A DNA stretch of 56,632 bases, the filler included, from Dugesia japonica (Eukaryota), in assembly GCA_001938525.1 (NCBI GenBank). It is 5 parts of 5 records of this genome, joined end to end, with 100 filler letters (N's around TTAATTAATTAA, not from the genome) between each part and the next. Parts side by side here need not be neighbours in the genome. Positions count along the whole stretch, not along the records: positions 11,996 to 21,554 come from MQRL01623179.1; positions 21,655 to 35,212 come from MQRL01532353.1; 3 more parts are not named here. One strand, 5' to 3'. Shown piece after piece: positions 11,996-24,493 of the stretch. Numbering within the stretch: position 1 is the stretch's first letter; the number at the start of each line of letters is the position of its first letter. Both the position numbers and the translations under genes were made by a program. The notes beneath the pieces were generated by a model that searched no databases, was not told the DNA's origin, and saw only the letters and a list, made by a program, of their open reading frames with translations.

Positions 11996-13949
11996 TAGAT
12001 GTCGGAGCGGTGCTACTCAAAAAAGTTGTTACTTCAATTCTTTAGATAAACGGAGCATTTTACAAATAATTAAAACATGAATGAATACGCCAATAAAAGG
12101 TGAACAAATTAGTGAAACAGCGTAAGACCCATAAATACAATATTAAAGTAAAAAAATTCATCAATATAAAAATGCAAGGGTTGAAATTAAATTATATTTT
12201 CAAGAAAATGCTAATATTCGAAATTTTTTGGATTAAATCCAATTTCAACAAGACAGACCCACCCTCTAATAATTCAAATGGTGTTTCTGAAATCAAAGTC
12301 GAACAAATACAGTTGTTAGTTTCATAGGAATTTTAAAGTTTTCAAATATGATATTTTTGGGTAGTTTCAACTATTATGAAACCTGAAAATATTGACTTTT
12401 CTGTACATTGAATATACACTTTAAAACTAGTGTATTTAAAAAAAATGTCACCAATTGACATTAGTAAATATAATAAGCGTGGTTAATTTGTATAGTAGTT
12501 ACCAATTTTTGAAATAGAATTATACAAAATACCATTATTTAATTTACTGATTTGAAAAAAAATAATAAAAAAATATCGGTAACATTGAAATTCATCTCTC
12601 ACTAAGATATCTTCACGATATTATTATCTTGTTTTAAATATTAAATACTTTTCAATGTACAATATTTTACTTAATATAACAATTGAAATTACAGTGTTGA
12701 ATTAAAAAAAAAACAAAACTATTGAGAATATGTTATTTTCCAAACCCAATCAAAACCCACAATAATTACGTACTAACAAAATGAAAGAGAAACAATCCTA
12801 TCCCATAAAAATATTCACAGAAATCGACAGAAATAATTAGAGAATTTTCCTATTCTGATCCGTGAAAGAATAATAGCTACACTTTATGTCTATTAAAAAT
12901 CCAATCCAAATTATTTACTCATCCTAGAAAACTTCTCGAAAACAATGTTTGTATAAATAATTTCGAATTCAATTATAAATGCACATTAATTTTATTGTTT
13001 GTAATTAGTGCCGTTGCAATAAATTTAGCATTATTTTCAATAGATTAATTAATATCAACACGAAATTGTTGTTTGTGAGCACTGTTGAAATTGTAACTGA
13101 ACTTGTGTGAACTGATAATAATTATGAAATTGAAAATTATTGGCTATTTATTGTTTTTTATTAATGACAAAAAATTCCAATTAACCAATAAAGCTTTTAT
13201 AAATGTTTAAAATAAAAATAATATATAAAACTGCACATTTGAAATAGATGTCGTCTAATTTCAGTCTCATTGGAATTAAAATAATTAATTCTCATCACAA
13301 AAATTTACAAAATATCCATGAAAATTTAATAAAAACAGACGATTACTTAATTTTTTTTTCAATTTAATTATTTCGATTAAACAAATATTTGTAAAATAAT
13401 CACTTGGAAATTTGAAGGCATATTAAGTTGCCTTTTATTAGAATTGGTAATTTGATTTNNNNNNNNNNNNNNNNNNNNNNNNNNNNNNNNNNNNNNNNNN
13501 NNNNNNNNAAAAACAACATTATATGGGATTGTAAATAATTATAAATGAAATAAAATCATCTAAAAAAAATTAAATAAAATCATTTGACAGATATTCATTG
13601 AAACATTTTAATGTGAAATCCGGTTTGTTTAGTTTCAAGATAAAACTGAAGTAGAATTCTAATAGAATATTAGCGGAATTCTTTAATGACATTACATTCT
13701 CTGATAATTTTATAAATGTATAATGTTTTTATATTTCCAATTCAGTAGTTTTTAGAAAATGGAGAAACAACATATTTATTTTAAATTACCTCTAAGATTT
13801 TACTGTAGGAAAACATTATTTATAGAGCCTAATTTGAGATTTCAGCTTTGATTTTATTGAGAATTAAAAAATAAGTTTATTTAAAATAATTTGAATATTA
13901 AATATTAAAATGAAGTTTAATTTTATAATATGAAAAAGGTTTTTAAAAA

Positions 13950-14180
13950 AATAAAATAAATATAAAAGAAGACCATTTAACTAAATATTTATTTGCAATT
14001 AATTTGACGGAATAATCGCCATCATCAGGCAACTAAAAAAATCAATAAATTGTATATTTTAATGTTTTTTTAGTTGTCTGATGATGACGATTATTCCGNN
14101 NNNNNNNNNNNNNNNNNNNNNNNNNNNNNNNNNNNNNNNNNNNNNNNNATTTGGTTAAATTGCGTTCTTTAATATTTATG
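13950..14180. mobile_element. Back-to-back inverted pair of PLE ends (family B) with hammerhead-like cores
   Basis: cggaataatcgccatcatcaggcaactaaaaaa is inverted as ttttttagttgtctgatgatgacgattattccg, and the symmetry continues past the N gap. The same motif lies 3' of the PLE at 44521-44560. Confidence 0.7.
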
Positions 14181-14670
14181 AAAAAGTTGACACTGTGATT
14201 TGATTTTTTTACATCGAAAATAAAATAAGATAAAATTTTTAGAATAAAATTTTAAGATAAAGTAATATAAGTATTAAAAGTTTGAAATGTAAAAAATTAT
14301 TTTGAACATATTATTATAATATTACAAGAAATTCAATTTTATATTAATAATAATAATAATATACTAGTAATAATTATTATATAATAATATGATAAATTTT
14401 AAATTAATTAAAATTATTTTTTTAGATAAAACATTTAAAAATGTTTTAATGAAAAATTTTCAAAATTAAAGTCGGATCTTACATTGTTTAGCTTATTTAA
14501 TTTCTTTAAAATAACAAAATTTAATATTTATCTTTTTTATTTTTAAAAAATATTCACGGATTTAAATACTTTTTTAAATACAAAGGTGAGCGTCTAACAT
14601 TTAGAATTTCTTCAATTTATTTTAATAAAATAATTTGCTCTAGGTGTACTTGATAATTAATAGTTTAATT

Positions 14671-14955
14671 CAGTGGTTTTCAAACTGTACCCCACGGGAA
14701 ATTTCCAATATTAGTCATCTTCTAAAAAAGTCGCAAATCCAAAGGACGAATAAAAATCCATTGACTTATATTCACAATTTGCTGTGACACCGAGATATAT
14801 AATCTATATAAATAATATAGCAGTAATAATATGATATAATTAACACATAAATTAAAAACTGACATATTAATAGACCGATATTTTGATTTGGGGAGCAGTA
14901 GAAAAATTTTGATATATTAGGGGCGCCGTGAACCATAAAAGTTTGGGAATTACTG
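14671..14955. mobile_element. hAT (Charlie-type) MITE, 285 bp
   Basis: TIRs CAGTGGTTTTCAAAC and GTTTGGGAATTACTG; TSD GTTTAATT/GTTTAGTT. Confidence 0.85.
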
Positions 14956-16955
14956 GTTTAGTTTAATCAATGTAATAGTAATAATGAATGATAGAAAGAA
15001 TGACAAAGAACAATTATAAAATAAATTTGGAAACCACTAATTAGAAAATTGTATCGAAGAAAATTTTAACAATTGCTGTAAGATAAAAAGAAAGAAAAAT
15101 ATTCCACAATAATTATGAAAAATAAAATAATAATCGAATAAAATATTAAGAGAAAGAATTAACATGAATGTCAAGATATAAGTAAAAGGAATTATAACTT
15201 AAATAAATATTCATGAGGTAAATAAATTCACATTTATTTGATCAATAATACTGTTCGGTGAGAGATGGGTTGTTTTCTTGGTCAGTTTTTTTCAGAGATC
15301 TCATCGTCTCTTATTTAACAGTGTAAAGCGCGCACAAATTCAAGGTATAAACTCAGTTATCGTAAACTTTAAATTTAAATTTAAAATAAACTTAGTTTTA
15401 TTTCAAATTTGTTTAGTTTTAAAAAAAATATAAATATTAAAAAAAAACATTATTTATATTCATAGATATAATATTTCAGTTTGTACTTAGTTCTACCTGT
15501 ATTTAAACTCTAATATATTTACGTATTAATATGTATTCTGTATTTTTAATTATTTATCATTTTAGTTATACAATTGAATTACGTTAACCGCCTTCTTTAA
15601 GAGAATCATAGCCAAGAAACTAGATTAGAAGTTTTATAGAGGAAGTAAATAATTTTAAATGTTTAGAAATATTGAAATGAGACAAAACTACTCCAATTAT
15701 TTTAAAAAATATATATTCAAATTTCAAATATCAAACAATATGACCAAAAGTTCTTAAAAACCAAAAACCGCAATTCTGAAAAAGTGCAGATTTCCAGAAC
15801 CCCTTCCTACTATTTATCTATTTACATTACTAAACTATTTCTAGTGGTTTGATAAAAAAACGTGAAAAAGTAGAGATTTTATTTTTAAATTGTTTTATTT
15901 TTAGTTTATTAATTTTAATTAATTATTAATTGTCTGAACATTAGACTAATTAGGTTAGTTGTTAATTTCATAATTATGTGTTATTCAAATTTTTACACTA
16001 TATTAAAACATATTTTGTAAGATTGTACAAACACAGCTATTATATATCAAAATGACCGAGAATGAACGCATTATTTCAATAATAAAAGTCAATCAAAATT
16101 AACAGAGATACAGTGGCGTGAAAAAAAAGAATCTTTGGTTAACTGGCATTTATTTTTATATGGGCCTTAATATAGGAAAAGTTTGAGAACTATTGATTCA
16201 TATGAAATGGATTTTGATTAAAATTTTCAAAAATTTTATGATTCTTTCAACAAGATATTCTAATTTATATAAAATAATTTATTATTTTAATATAAAATAA
16301 ATTATTATTTTAATATAAAATAAATTTTTATTTGAAGATTTGCGGCTAAAAAAACTGAAAAGTTACTCCATATAAAAACTATTAACTATTTACAATCGTA
16401 TCAAATCTCTAATTTCATTTTTAAATAAAAAAAATTTTCATCCATTATTTCATTTAAGATCTTTAAATTAATAAACGACAATTGAAAATCGTTTCTTAAC
16501 ACGACAAGAAGATTAAATATTATATAAAAAATAACTTAGTTTGTTGGTCGGAAAGAAAAGAGTTTAAAATAAATCGCTAAATGGTTGCGAAAATCTACTG
16601 GAAAATTTTAATTAGTAACAACTATAAATAAGTAAAACTTTAAACTGAAACCACAACAAGTTGTTTTCGCCAATTCAATAAATATAAAATTTTGGACTCT
16701 AATAAAATTTCAACTATTCAATAATTTGATAATTTTCGCCAATATTTTTTTTTGTTTTGAACTTTTATCCTTAAAAAAATTTAATAAATCAATCAAGTTT
16801 ATCTATTTGATTGTAAATTGAAGTTTGTTTAACCACATCATTTTTATAATTGAAAAGTAACATTTATTTGAAATTCCTTTTTGTGCTCTACACTATCTCA
16901 GTAATTTTTTTATGTCATTAAATTCTATTCGAATCTTGGAAATTTTAGAAATACA

Positions 16956-17364
16956 ATGTCAAGAAGATCAAAAACAACATTTCAGACATCTACTTTTATT
17001 TACTTTTAATCGAGGTCTTAAAGTTGAATAAGCGGTCCGAGATATTTGTGCCGTGTACGAAGAAGGTGCAATGGACAGATAAACTACAATTCGTTCAACA
17101 AATTCCAAAATGGCACATTCGACTTTCAAGATATTGGCTACACCGGCCGACCATCCAAGTTTGATGAGGACTACTAGATTGNNNNNNNNNNNNNNNNNNN
17201 NNNNNNNNNNNNNNNNNNNNNNNNNNNNNNNCAACATGCATATCATAAATAATGACGGAGATTATATTATTGATTAAATGGTTATTATTGTAAGAATAAT
17301 TGTTCTAAATAAATGTTTTAAATTATTATTTAAAAATCACGGAAAATTATGTTACAACCNAATA
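16956..17364 (+). mobile_element. Mariner remnant: N-terminal HTH, gap, C-terminus and 3' TIR
   Basis: QKQHFRHLLLFTFNRG..AVRDICAVYEEGA..KFQNGTFDFQD..TGRPSKFDED; after the gap IINNDGDYIID* and a TIR-like end ttatgttacaaccnaaTA. Confidence 0.88.
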
Positions 17365-18883
17365 TATAGTGATCAGGTTTTTGTATATAACCTAATCTAC
17401 ATCTACCGTTCTTCATTTCTGTGACTTGGAATTTCACTAATAACTCATTTAGAAAATGTAGTTTTGAATTATACTAATACGTTGAATATCGGAACCCAAA
17501 TATTTGATACTTCATTAATTTCCGTATTGTAATCGATACTACTGATTTGAACAGTGGGAAATGCTTGAAAACTAATAATTTTATTATCTTTGAAATTGTT
17601 TCGTAATCAGTTAATTAAAGCTATCATTGTATTATTGATTTTGTCAATTGTTTAAGTAGAATATTCACATTGATCAATATTAAATCAGTTAGAATTTATT
17701 GACAATAACTGATTTTGGCTGAATTTTTTTACTTTGCATTTAATTTGAAAATTTTTTTTTGCATTGCTTTCAGAAGATTAGATAGAATTGTTTAAAAATA
17801 TAAACCTGATATTCGTAACAAAGAAAATAAAATTCACACCAAGAGCCGAAAAATCTTTTCTTTCTGACTCGACAATTTCTTAATTTAAACGTTTCGAGTT
17901 TGGCTTTTAATTTTCAATGTATCTTGAAAAGTTAGCAAATGGCCGAATTTCAGTTTTTAAATAGTTTTACACAGACTTTTGATTCATATAATAATTTTTT
18001 TTATATAAAATGTGCTAGATTCGCAGAAAAACAAATGATACAATTATTAAGATATTCTCAAAACAATCGGTTTATTTCTGGTGCAAAATTGTTTTTATTT
18101 ATATCAATGTTGTCCAAACCTTTTCTTCAATCGCGACACCATTAATGAAGATTGAATTTTTTCCAAAAAAAGCATTGTAAAAATTTTATATTCAAATAAT
18201 TTTTTATTGTAAAAATTAATTTTTATATTTCATAGTTATTAATTTGCAAACAAATTGCACTGAACTTACGAAAACTAATATTAATAACGTCTAGAATTTA
18301 ATTAATTAATAGTATTGCGAAAGCAATACGGATCCTCGATTTTATTATTGAGTTGATCAAAATATAGTAGGGATCGCCTAACAGCATCTATATTATTAAC
18401 CACTTTAAACAATGGATCACTCGGCTTACATTTCGACGAAGAATGTAGCAAAATACTTGAATTAATGTAAAATGCACAACGCTCTGATCATTGACAATTT
18501 GAACGCAAATGGCGGCTANNNNNNNNNNNNNNNNNNNNNNNNNNNNNNNNNNNNNNNNNNNNNNNNNNNNNNNNNNNNNNNNNNNNNNNNNNNNNNNNNN
18601 NNNNNNNNNNNATAGTGTATTTCGATACACCTCTATGGAAACAATTATGTGACAGATGAGACAGTTTTTCTGAGAAAATTATTCCGACACGAGGCCGAAT
18701 TATTGATAAACATACTCGTATTTCTTCATCTATCTTCTGATTTGATTTCTGTCAGTGCTAAAAAAAAATCTCTTCTCGACACACAGTTCGGACAACACTG
18801 ATTTAAACGATACAACAATTTAGTAGAAGAAGTGGTAANGTTATTAGAAATAAGAAAAAATTAAAATTTAGTTAAAAATGGAT

Positions 18884-19210
18884 CTACTTACACCCATTAC
18901 ATTTAAATTGATAGACCAGATCAGATCACAAGCCTAAAGGGGTTATAGATTTATTATTGAATATTGGAGAGACTTCCCGTCATATCTGCATCAGAGTTCA
19001 AGAGCATAGTCGAAATAGTGGTAAGAGTAACATTTTTGAGCATCGGATAACATGTAGAAAATCAATAGGGTGTTCTGATTTTAAAATTCTGTGCAGTGGA
19101 TTTAATAATTATTGGGAAAGAGTAATATGTAAACTTTGTTGATAAGGGCATTAAATCCTAAAATTAATGTTCAGTTGGCGGATTCAACATCGCTCTTAAA
19201 ATTATTTTGA
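18884..19210 (+). mobile_element. 5'-truncated PLE GIY-YIG endonuclease fragment with inverted 5' segment
   Basis: Plus strand IGETSRHICIRVQEH..SNIFEH..FKIL..LIRALNPKINVQ..LKLF*; 18884-18960 encodes NNKSITPLGL*SDLVYQFKCNGCK on the minus strand. Confidence 0.88.
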
Positions 19211-19252
19211 ATTTTTTTTATTGAAATTGCACAATTGAAATTAAATAGTCAT

Positions 19253-19509
19253 TAATACTTTAGTTTCATTCTGTAAGTGCTAAAATCAGTGTCTTGTAAT
19301 ACACCATCCGTAAATAAGCTCTCCAATAATGGATGTGTTTAAAATTCTTTTCGATTTAATAGTATTAAATAGGATTTCAGATTTGCAATGGAATAGATAT
19401 CATAAAGATTGTTAGACGTAAATAAACTGATTATCACAATTCGATTCATTTTCATATCGACTAATATTGATGATTCATCTATCTCACCCACCATTTTGTT
19501 CAACCAAAT
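19253..19509 (-). pseudogene. Exon-like frame of unknown host protein, one in-frame TAA
   Basis: ttttatag acceptor, then about 85 codons LVEQNGGEIDESSILVDMKMNRIVIISLF..RKEF*THPLLESLFTDG; product not recognised. Confidence 0.35.
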
Positions 19510-20539
19510 CTATAAAACTAAATCTCATTGACAAAACCTCAAGTCGGTTTTTTTGAAAAATTTCGATAAAAAATATAAATTCTTATATTTAGTTCATATT
19601 TCATAATAATTGTTTCCTCTTTTTTTCAATTATTAATTCAAATAACTTACCAACATTAAATTTCATTTTTCCAAACAGTCCAATTCCACTAAATAAGACT
19701 CATTATCAATACATTCACACAAAATTTCCATCTTTTCATGTGAGAATTTNNNNNNNNNNNNNNNNNNNNNNNNNNNNNNNNNNNNNNNNNNNNNNNNNNN
19801 NNNNNNNNNNNNNNNNNNNNNNNNNNNNNNNNNNNNNNNNNNNNNNNNNNNNNNNNNNNNNNNNNNNNNNNNNNNNNNNNNNNNNNNNNNNNNNNNNNNN
19901 NNNNNNNNNNNNNNNNNNNNNNNNNNNNNNNNNNNNNNNNNNNNNNNNNNNNNNNNNNNNNNNNNNNNNNNNNNNNNNNCATGGACAAATTTTTGCTATG
20001 TAATTATTAATAAAAAAATTGTTTAAATAGGTTAAAGAAATAAAAAATATTTTATATATTAAATATTTATAATATATTTTATAAATTTCAGAATAAAAAC
20101 TTGAATGCAATCAAAAAAATATTATTAATTATTATTAATTACAAATTGAAAATTTTATATCATCTTCAATAAAGAAGAAAGCAACGGATTTTTTTATAGA
20201 AAATTAAAGCTTCTGAATGGAATAATAAAATGTGGATAAGATACACGCCATTACATACTTTCAGAATCATTGAAAATTCCAACATTTACTTTTTGTAGAT
20301 TGTTACAATACGTATATAAGACACGAGAGTCGTGGTCAATTAAAAAAGTAATTAAAGAGCTGTCTACTACCATAAGNAACCGTTTCGGAAAATGTACACC
20401 TTTTGAATTTACAATTAATCTTACATAAAAAGATTTCATTAAATGGATTCATTTTAAAAAGCAAAACCGACAAATGAACCAAAAAGCTTTAATACGTATG
20501 CAAAGAATTTTCATTAAGATATAGTATTTCACATGTGAT

Positions 20540-21200
20540 TCGCAGCTGAAAGAAATGCTCATAGATAATAAAAAACTTAGTTGGTTCAGGAATTACAATT
20601 TTTTTTAACATTGCGACTGTCAGTGTCTGATGGCCACAACTAACGTGTTTTCTTATTGAAAGAAAAGTCAATATAAAATTTGAAAAAATATTGTGAAAAG
20701 TGCAGTTTCTATTAATGTTAAGGAATGAATAAAGCCTTTACTACCTGAAATACTAGACAAATATTATACAAACGACATTTATAAACTGGATAAAAGTGGA
20801 CTGTAGTTTAGAGCTATTCCCCATTGATCTCTTCGTCACAAAAGATTACATTATCAATATAATAAAATATTGGAACGAATAACGATAAAATGTGTGTAAG
20901 TATGTTAGGCACCGATAAGAACAAAATATTGATAATCAGGAAAAGAGTGAATCATCAGTGTTTTATAGGAATTCATAAACCAAATTGTCAGTCTGATATT
21001 TAAGAAAACAGGATTGTTTTAGAACAATGGATTTAAAAATAAAATATTATTATACTGGGCTTAAATAATTGTCTTGAATATCCCAAACTTTAATCACTAC
21101 TAAATATTTAAATAGAATTTCTGCATGCAAATACAACAAAATTCCTTCAATCATTGAATATAAGAATAATCAGAAATATATCGAAAATACTGTTTTCAAG
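20540..21200 (+). mobile_element. Decayed Tigger/pogo (CENP-B-like DDE_1) transposase
   Basis: LPEILDKYYTNDIYKLDKSGL*FRAIP, ERITI..SMLGTDKNKILII..QCFIGI, GLNNCLEYP, FLHANTTKFLQSLNIRII. Confidence 0.85.
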
Positions 21201-21554
21201 TACAAATTTGATAGCGAAAGAAATAAATAAATTTGGTATTCTTTTGACAGTGATGATGATAAAAAGAATGTTGGGATTGTATATTTAAGCGTATAAATAC
21301 GAATATTTTTAGTCATTTTTGGTTTTCTAGTGTTAATATTGTTTCAATTGAAAATGAGAATGAAATAAAATTAGTTGAACAAGTTCAACATACCGAGATA
21401 TTATTGAATATTGAAGACTGTAACGGCTTTCTATTTCAAAGAAAGTATATTAAAGAAAAAGTTGAGGATGAGATTATTTAACAAGAAATACAAAAAAAAT
21501 GTAATGACCAAATGAAAGATGATATTCAAGAATTAAAAAATATAATCACTAGAA

Positions 21555-21654
21555 NNNNNNNNNNNNNNNNNNNNNNNNNNNNNNNNNNNNNNNNNNNNTT
21601 AATTAATTAANNNNNNNNNNNNNNNNNNNNNNNNNNNNNNNNNNNNNNNNNNNN
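21555..21654. other. Artificial contig linker
   Basis: 44 N + TTAATTAATTAA + 44 N. Confidence 0.97.
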
Positions 21655-22941
21655 TGGCATAAGAGGTGGAATGACCTTTGTCAATAAACACAGGGTCATA
21701 GCAGATGAAACAACAAGTCTGTTCTATATCGATATCAACAACCTCTATGGTTGGGCATTGAGCCAACGATTGCCGTATGCCGATTTTCAATGGATAAATT
21801 ATGATGATGAGTTGAAAATTCTTATTGATATTTTCCCATATTTGGATATGGAAAAGGAAGAAAGTGAACTTGTTTTCGAAGTAGATTTGTCGATCTCACC
21901 AGAAGAACACGACAAGCTGAATCAACTACCTCTTGCACCAATTAATTAATGTCCACCAGGAAGCAAAGTCAAAAAATTGCTTTTAACTCATGAGGCAAAG
22001 AAAAACTATATCATCCATTATCGCCTACTACAGATGTTCATTAAGTTGGGAGCGAAAGTTGACAAAGTTCATCGTGCAGTCTCATTCAAGCAAAGCTGTA
22101 TTTTTAAATCTTTCATTGATTTCAACTCTGAAAAGTGAGCTCAAGCCAACAATGCCTTTGAAAAAGACTTTTATAAGTTAAAAAACAACAGTCTTTGAGG
22201 TAAGACTGTGTAAAATCTTATGAAAAGGATGAATTTAAAGCTATGCAACAATGAAAGAAAGCTGCTTACCTACGCTAGCAAACCGCAATTCAAGAATTAT
22301 ATAGAAATTTGCGATGATTTAGTAGCGGTTCTAATGGATAAAGATCTGGTGACTCTATATAGACCGTCATATATTGATCAAGCAGTTCTGCGTATGTATA
22401 AGCTACAATATGAGGAATTGCAATCCTATCGCGAAAAATTCAACTGTAAAATTAACATAATCGCAGGTAATACGGACAGCTTTTTTCTCTAATGCAAAAA
22501 TGTCAAGATTTGTNNNNNNNNNNNNNNNNNNNNNNNNNNNNNNNNNNNNNNNNNNNNGTCAAATTTTGATAAAGGTGATCCACTTTATTCATCATCTTTG
22601 ACAGCCGCAATTGGGAAATTCAAGGATGAAAATCGCGGAATGTCGAATTTCAAGGAATGGATTTTTTTACGACCCAAATTCTATTCTCTGCAAACAGATT
22701 CGAAAACCATGATGAAAAGCAAAGGAATCTCTTTAAAGAAAACCAATATAAATCATCAAGGTTATGTTAATTCATTTGAAAATTGTGAAGAAAAAAGACT
22801 CGAACAAATGCAGAATAGGATCGGTCAATCACCAGTTATTCACCATCAAATGTACAAAAAAAAGCACTCGATCCATTTAACAATAAAAGAAGCTGGGTAG
22901 AAAAACAAAGCAGTGTCGCATATGGACACTATTTATTGTAA
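21655..22941 (+). pseudogene. Polinton/adintovirus-type protein-primed family B DNA polymerase, polymerase domain, disrupted
   Basis: GIRGG, motif A YIDINNLYG, FEVDL..HDKLNQLPLAP, motif B YKLKNNSL*GKT, motif C AGNTDSFF, IGKFKDE, LRPKFYS, KSKGI, AYGHY..*; several in-frame stops. Confidence 0.93.
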
Positions 22942-22950
22942 TTTTTGAAA

Positions 22951-23020
22951 ATAAGTTTATCATTCTTTTTATTATAAATAAAGTTTTATCATTCTTTTTA
23001 TTATAAATAAAGTTTTATAA
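22951..23020. repeat. About 29-bp tandem duplication just after the PolB stop
   Basis: aagttttatcattctttttattataaata twice, plus a partial copy. Confidence 0.85.
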
Positions 23021-23290
23021 AAATGATTTTATGTCTTTGTTTTGTGTGTTAAAGTTTTATAACAATAANNNNNNNNNNNNNNNNNNNNNNNNNNNNNNNN
23101 NNNNNNNNNNNNNNNNNNNNNNNNNNNNNNNNNNNNNNNNNNNNNNNNNNNNNNNNNNNNNNNNNNNNNNNNNNNNNNNNNNNNNNNNNNNNNNNNNNNN
23201 NNNNNNNNNNNNNNNNNNNNNNNNNNNNNNNNNNNNNNNNNNNNNNNNNNNNNNNNNNNNNNNNNNNNNNNNNNNNNNNNNNNNNNNNNN

Positions 23291-23357
<67 letters not shown>
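23291..23357. repeat. (AAT)n microsatellite at gap edge
   Basis: Triplet run abutting an N gap. Confidence 0.95.
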
Positions 23358-24479
23358 TTCCACAAAATGGATATTTCAAAAAAAATTAATTTGTTCTAGA
23401 AGAATGACATTTTAAATTTAAATTCAAAAAATCTATGTACTTATAATTTGTCCTAAAAATAGGACATTTAAAATATATCATTTGTCTTAGAAATTGGACA
23501 TTTAAAATATTATTATATATAAAAAAATTATCAAAATTAAAAAATTTTCACATTTCACAATTTTAGAATCTTGAAAAATTAGAAAAATTGTATTTTATTT
23601 AGAAAAATTCAAAAAATAAATATGAAAAAAAAAATTTGTTTGACATTATAACCGATGAAATATGTGTGTGTATGTGGGTACTTGTGTTTCAAAAAATTCA
23701 ACAATTAACACAACATTAAATCTCATAATTACCGAGAAAAATGAATAAAACTAATAGTAAATTCAAATTAAATTATTTATGTTCTAGTTTTTTTATGTTC
23801 TAGTTTTTTATAAAATTTTTTTTAAAAAAATTTCAGATTTTTCATATTTTCTTTTTAGATTTCTATCGACAGATAATTGTAGATTTTAGTACAAAAATAA
23901 TTTTTCAAAAAAGTATATGGCAAGTTGCTCAAAAACATTAGAGGACGCGAGGACAGAAATTTTGGAAAGTTATATCGTTACCACTNNNNNNNNNNNNNNN
24001 NNNNNNNNNNNNNNNNNNNNNNNNNNNNNNNNNNNNNNNNNNNNNNNNNNNNNNNNNNNNNNNNNNNNNNNNTTTTTTAATTTTTCAGAAGAAAATTTTC
24101 AAAAAATTTTCTTATCCTATCATCAGGTGATCGGAACGCTCGCTTAAAAGGTACAGATAGTTCAGCAAACAGTGCGACTTTATTCCTCTTAGTTGTTGAG
24201 AAAAATTGATTAAAAGATATCTTTCCACGTAACCATGACAACCATCCCATTCTTGGTAACCAAGGTCAGAAAAAATCTATATTCCATTACAAAAATAATA
24301 ACGCGAGGACTGGAACTTTGGAACGTTATTTCGTCACCGATATTCTATAAAGAAATTTTAAAAAATTATTATTAGACTAGAAATAATTTTCTAAATTTTT
24401 TCACAATTTAAAATTTTAAAAATACAAAAAAAGTTTTTATTTTTTCAGAGAAAATTCAATAAATATTAAAAAAGTTTTG

Positions 24480-24493
24480 GTTGCCATGGCAAC
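24480..24493. promoter_or_regulatory. Perfect palindromic RFX X-box motif, probably repeat-borne
   Basis: GTTGCCATGGCAAC, with variants at 24229-24242 and 24597-24610. Function not shown. Confidence 0.45.

Noticed and set aside
16111-16195. Tiny hAT MITE
   Set aside because: The ends CAGTGGCGTG and GTTTGAGAACTATTG are not inverted copies and there is no TSD.
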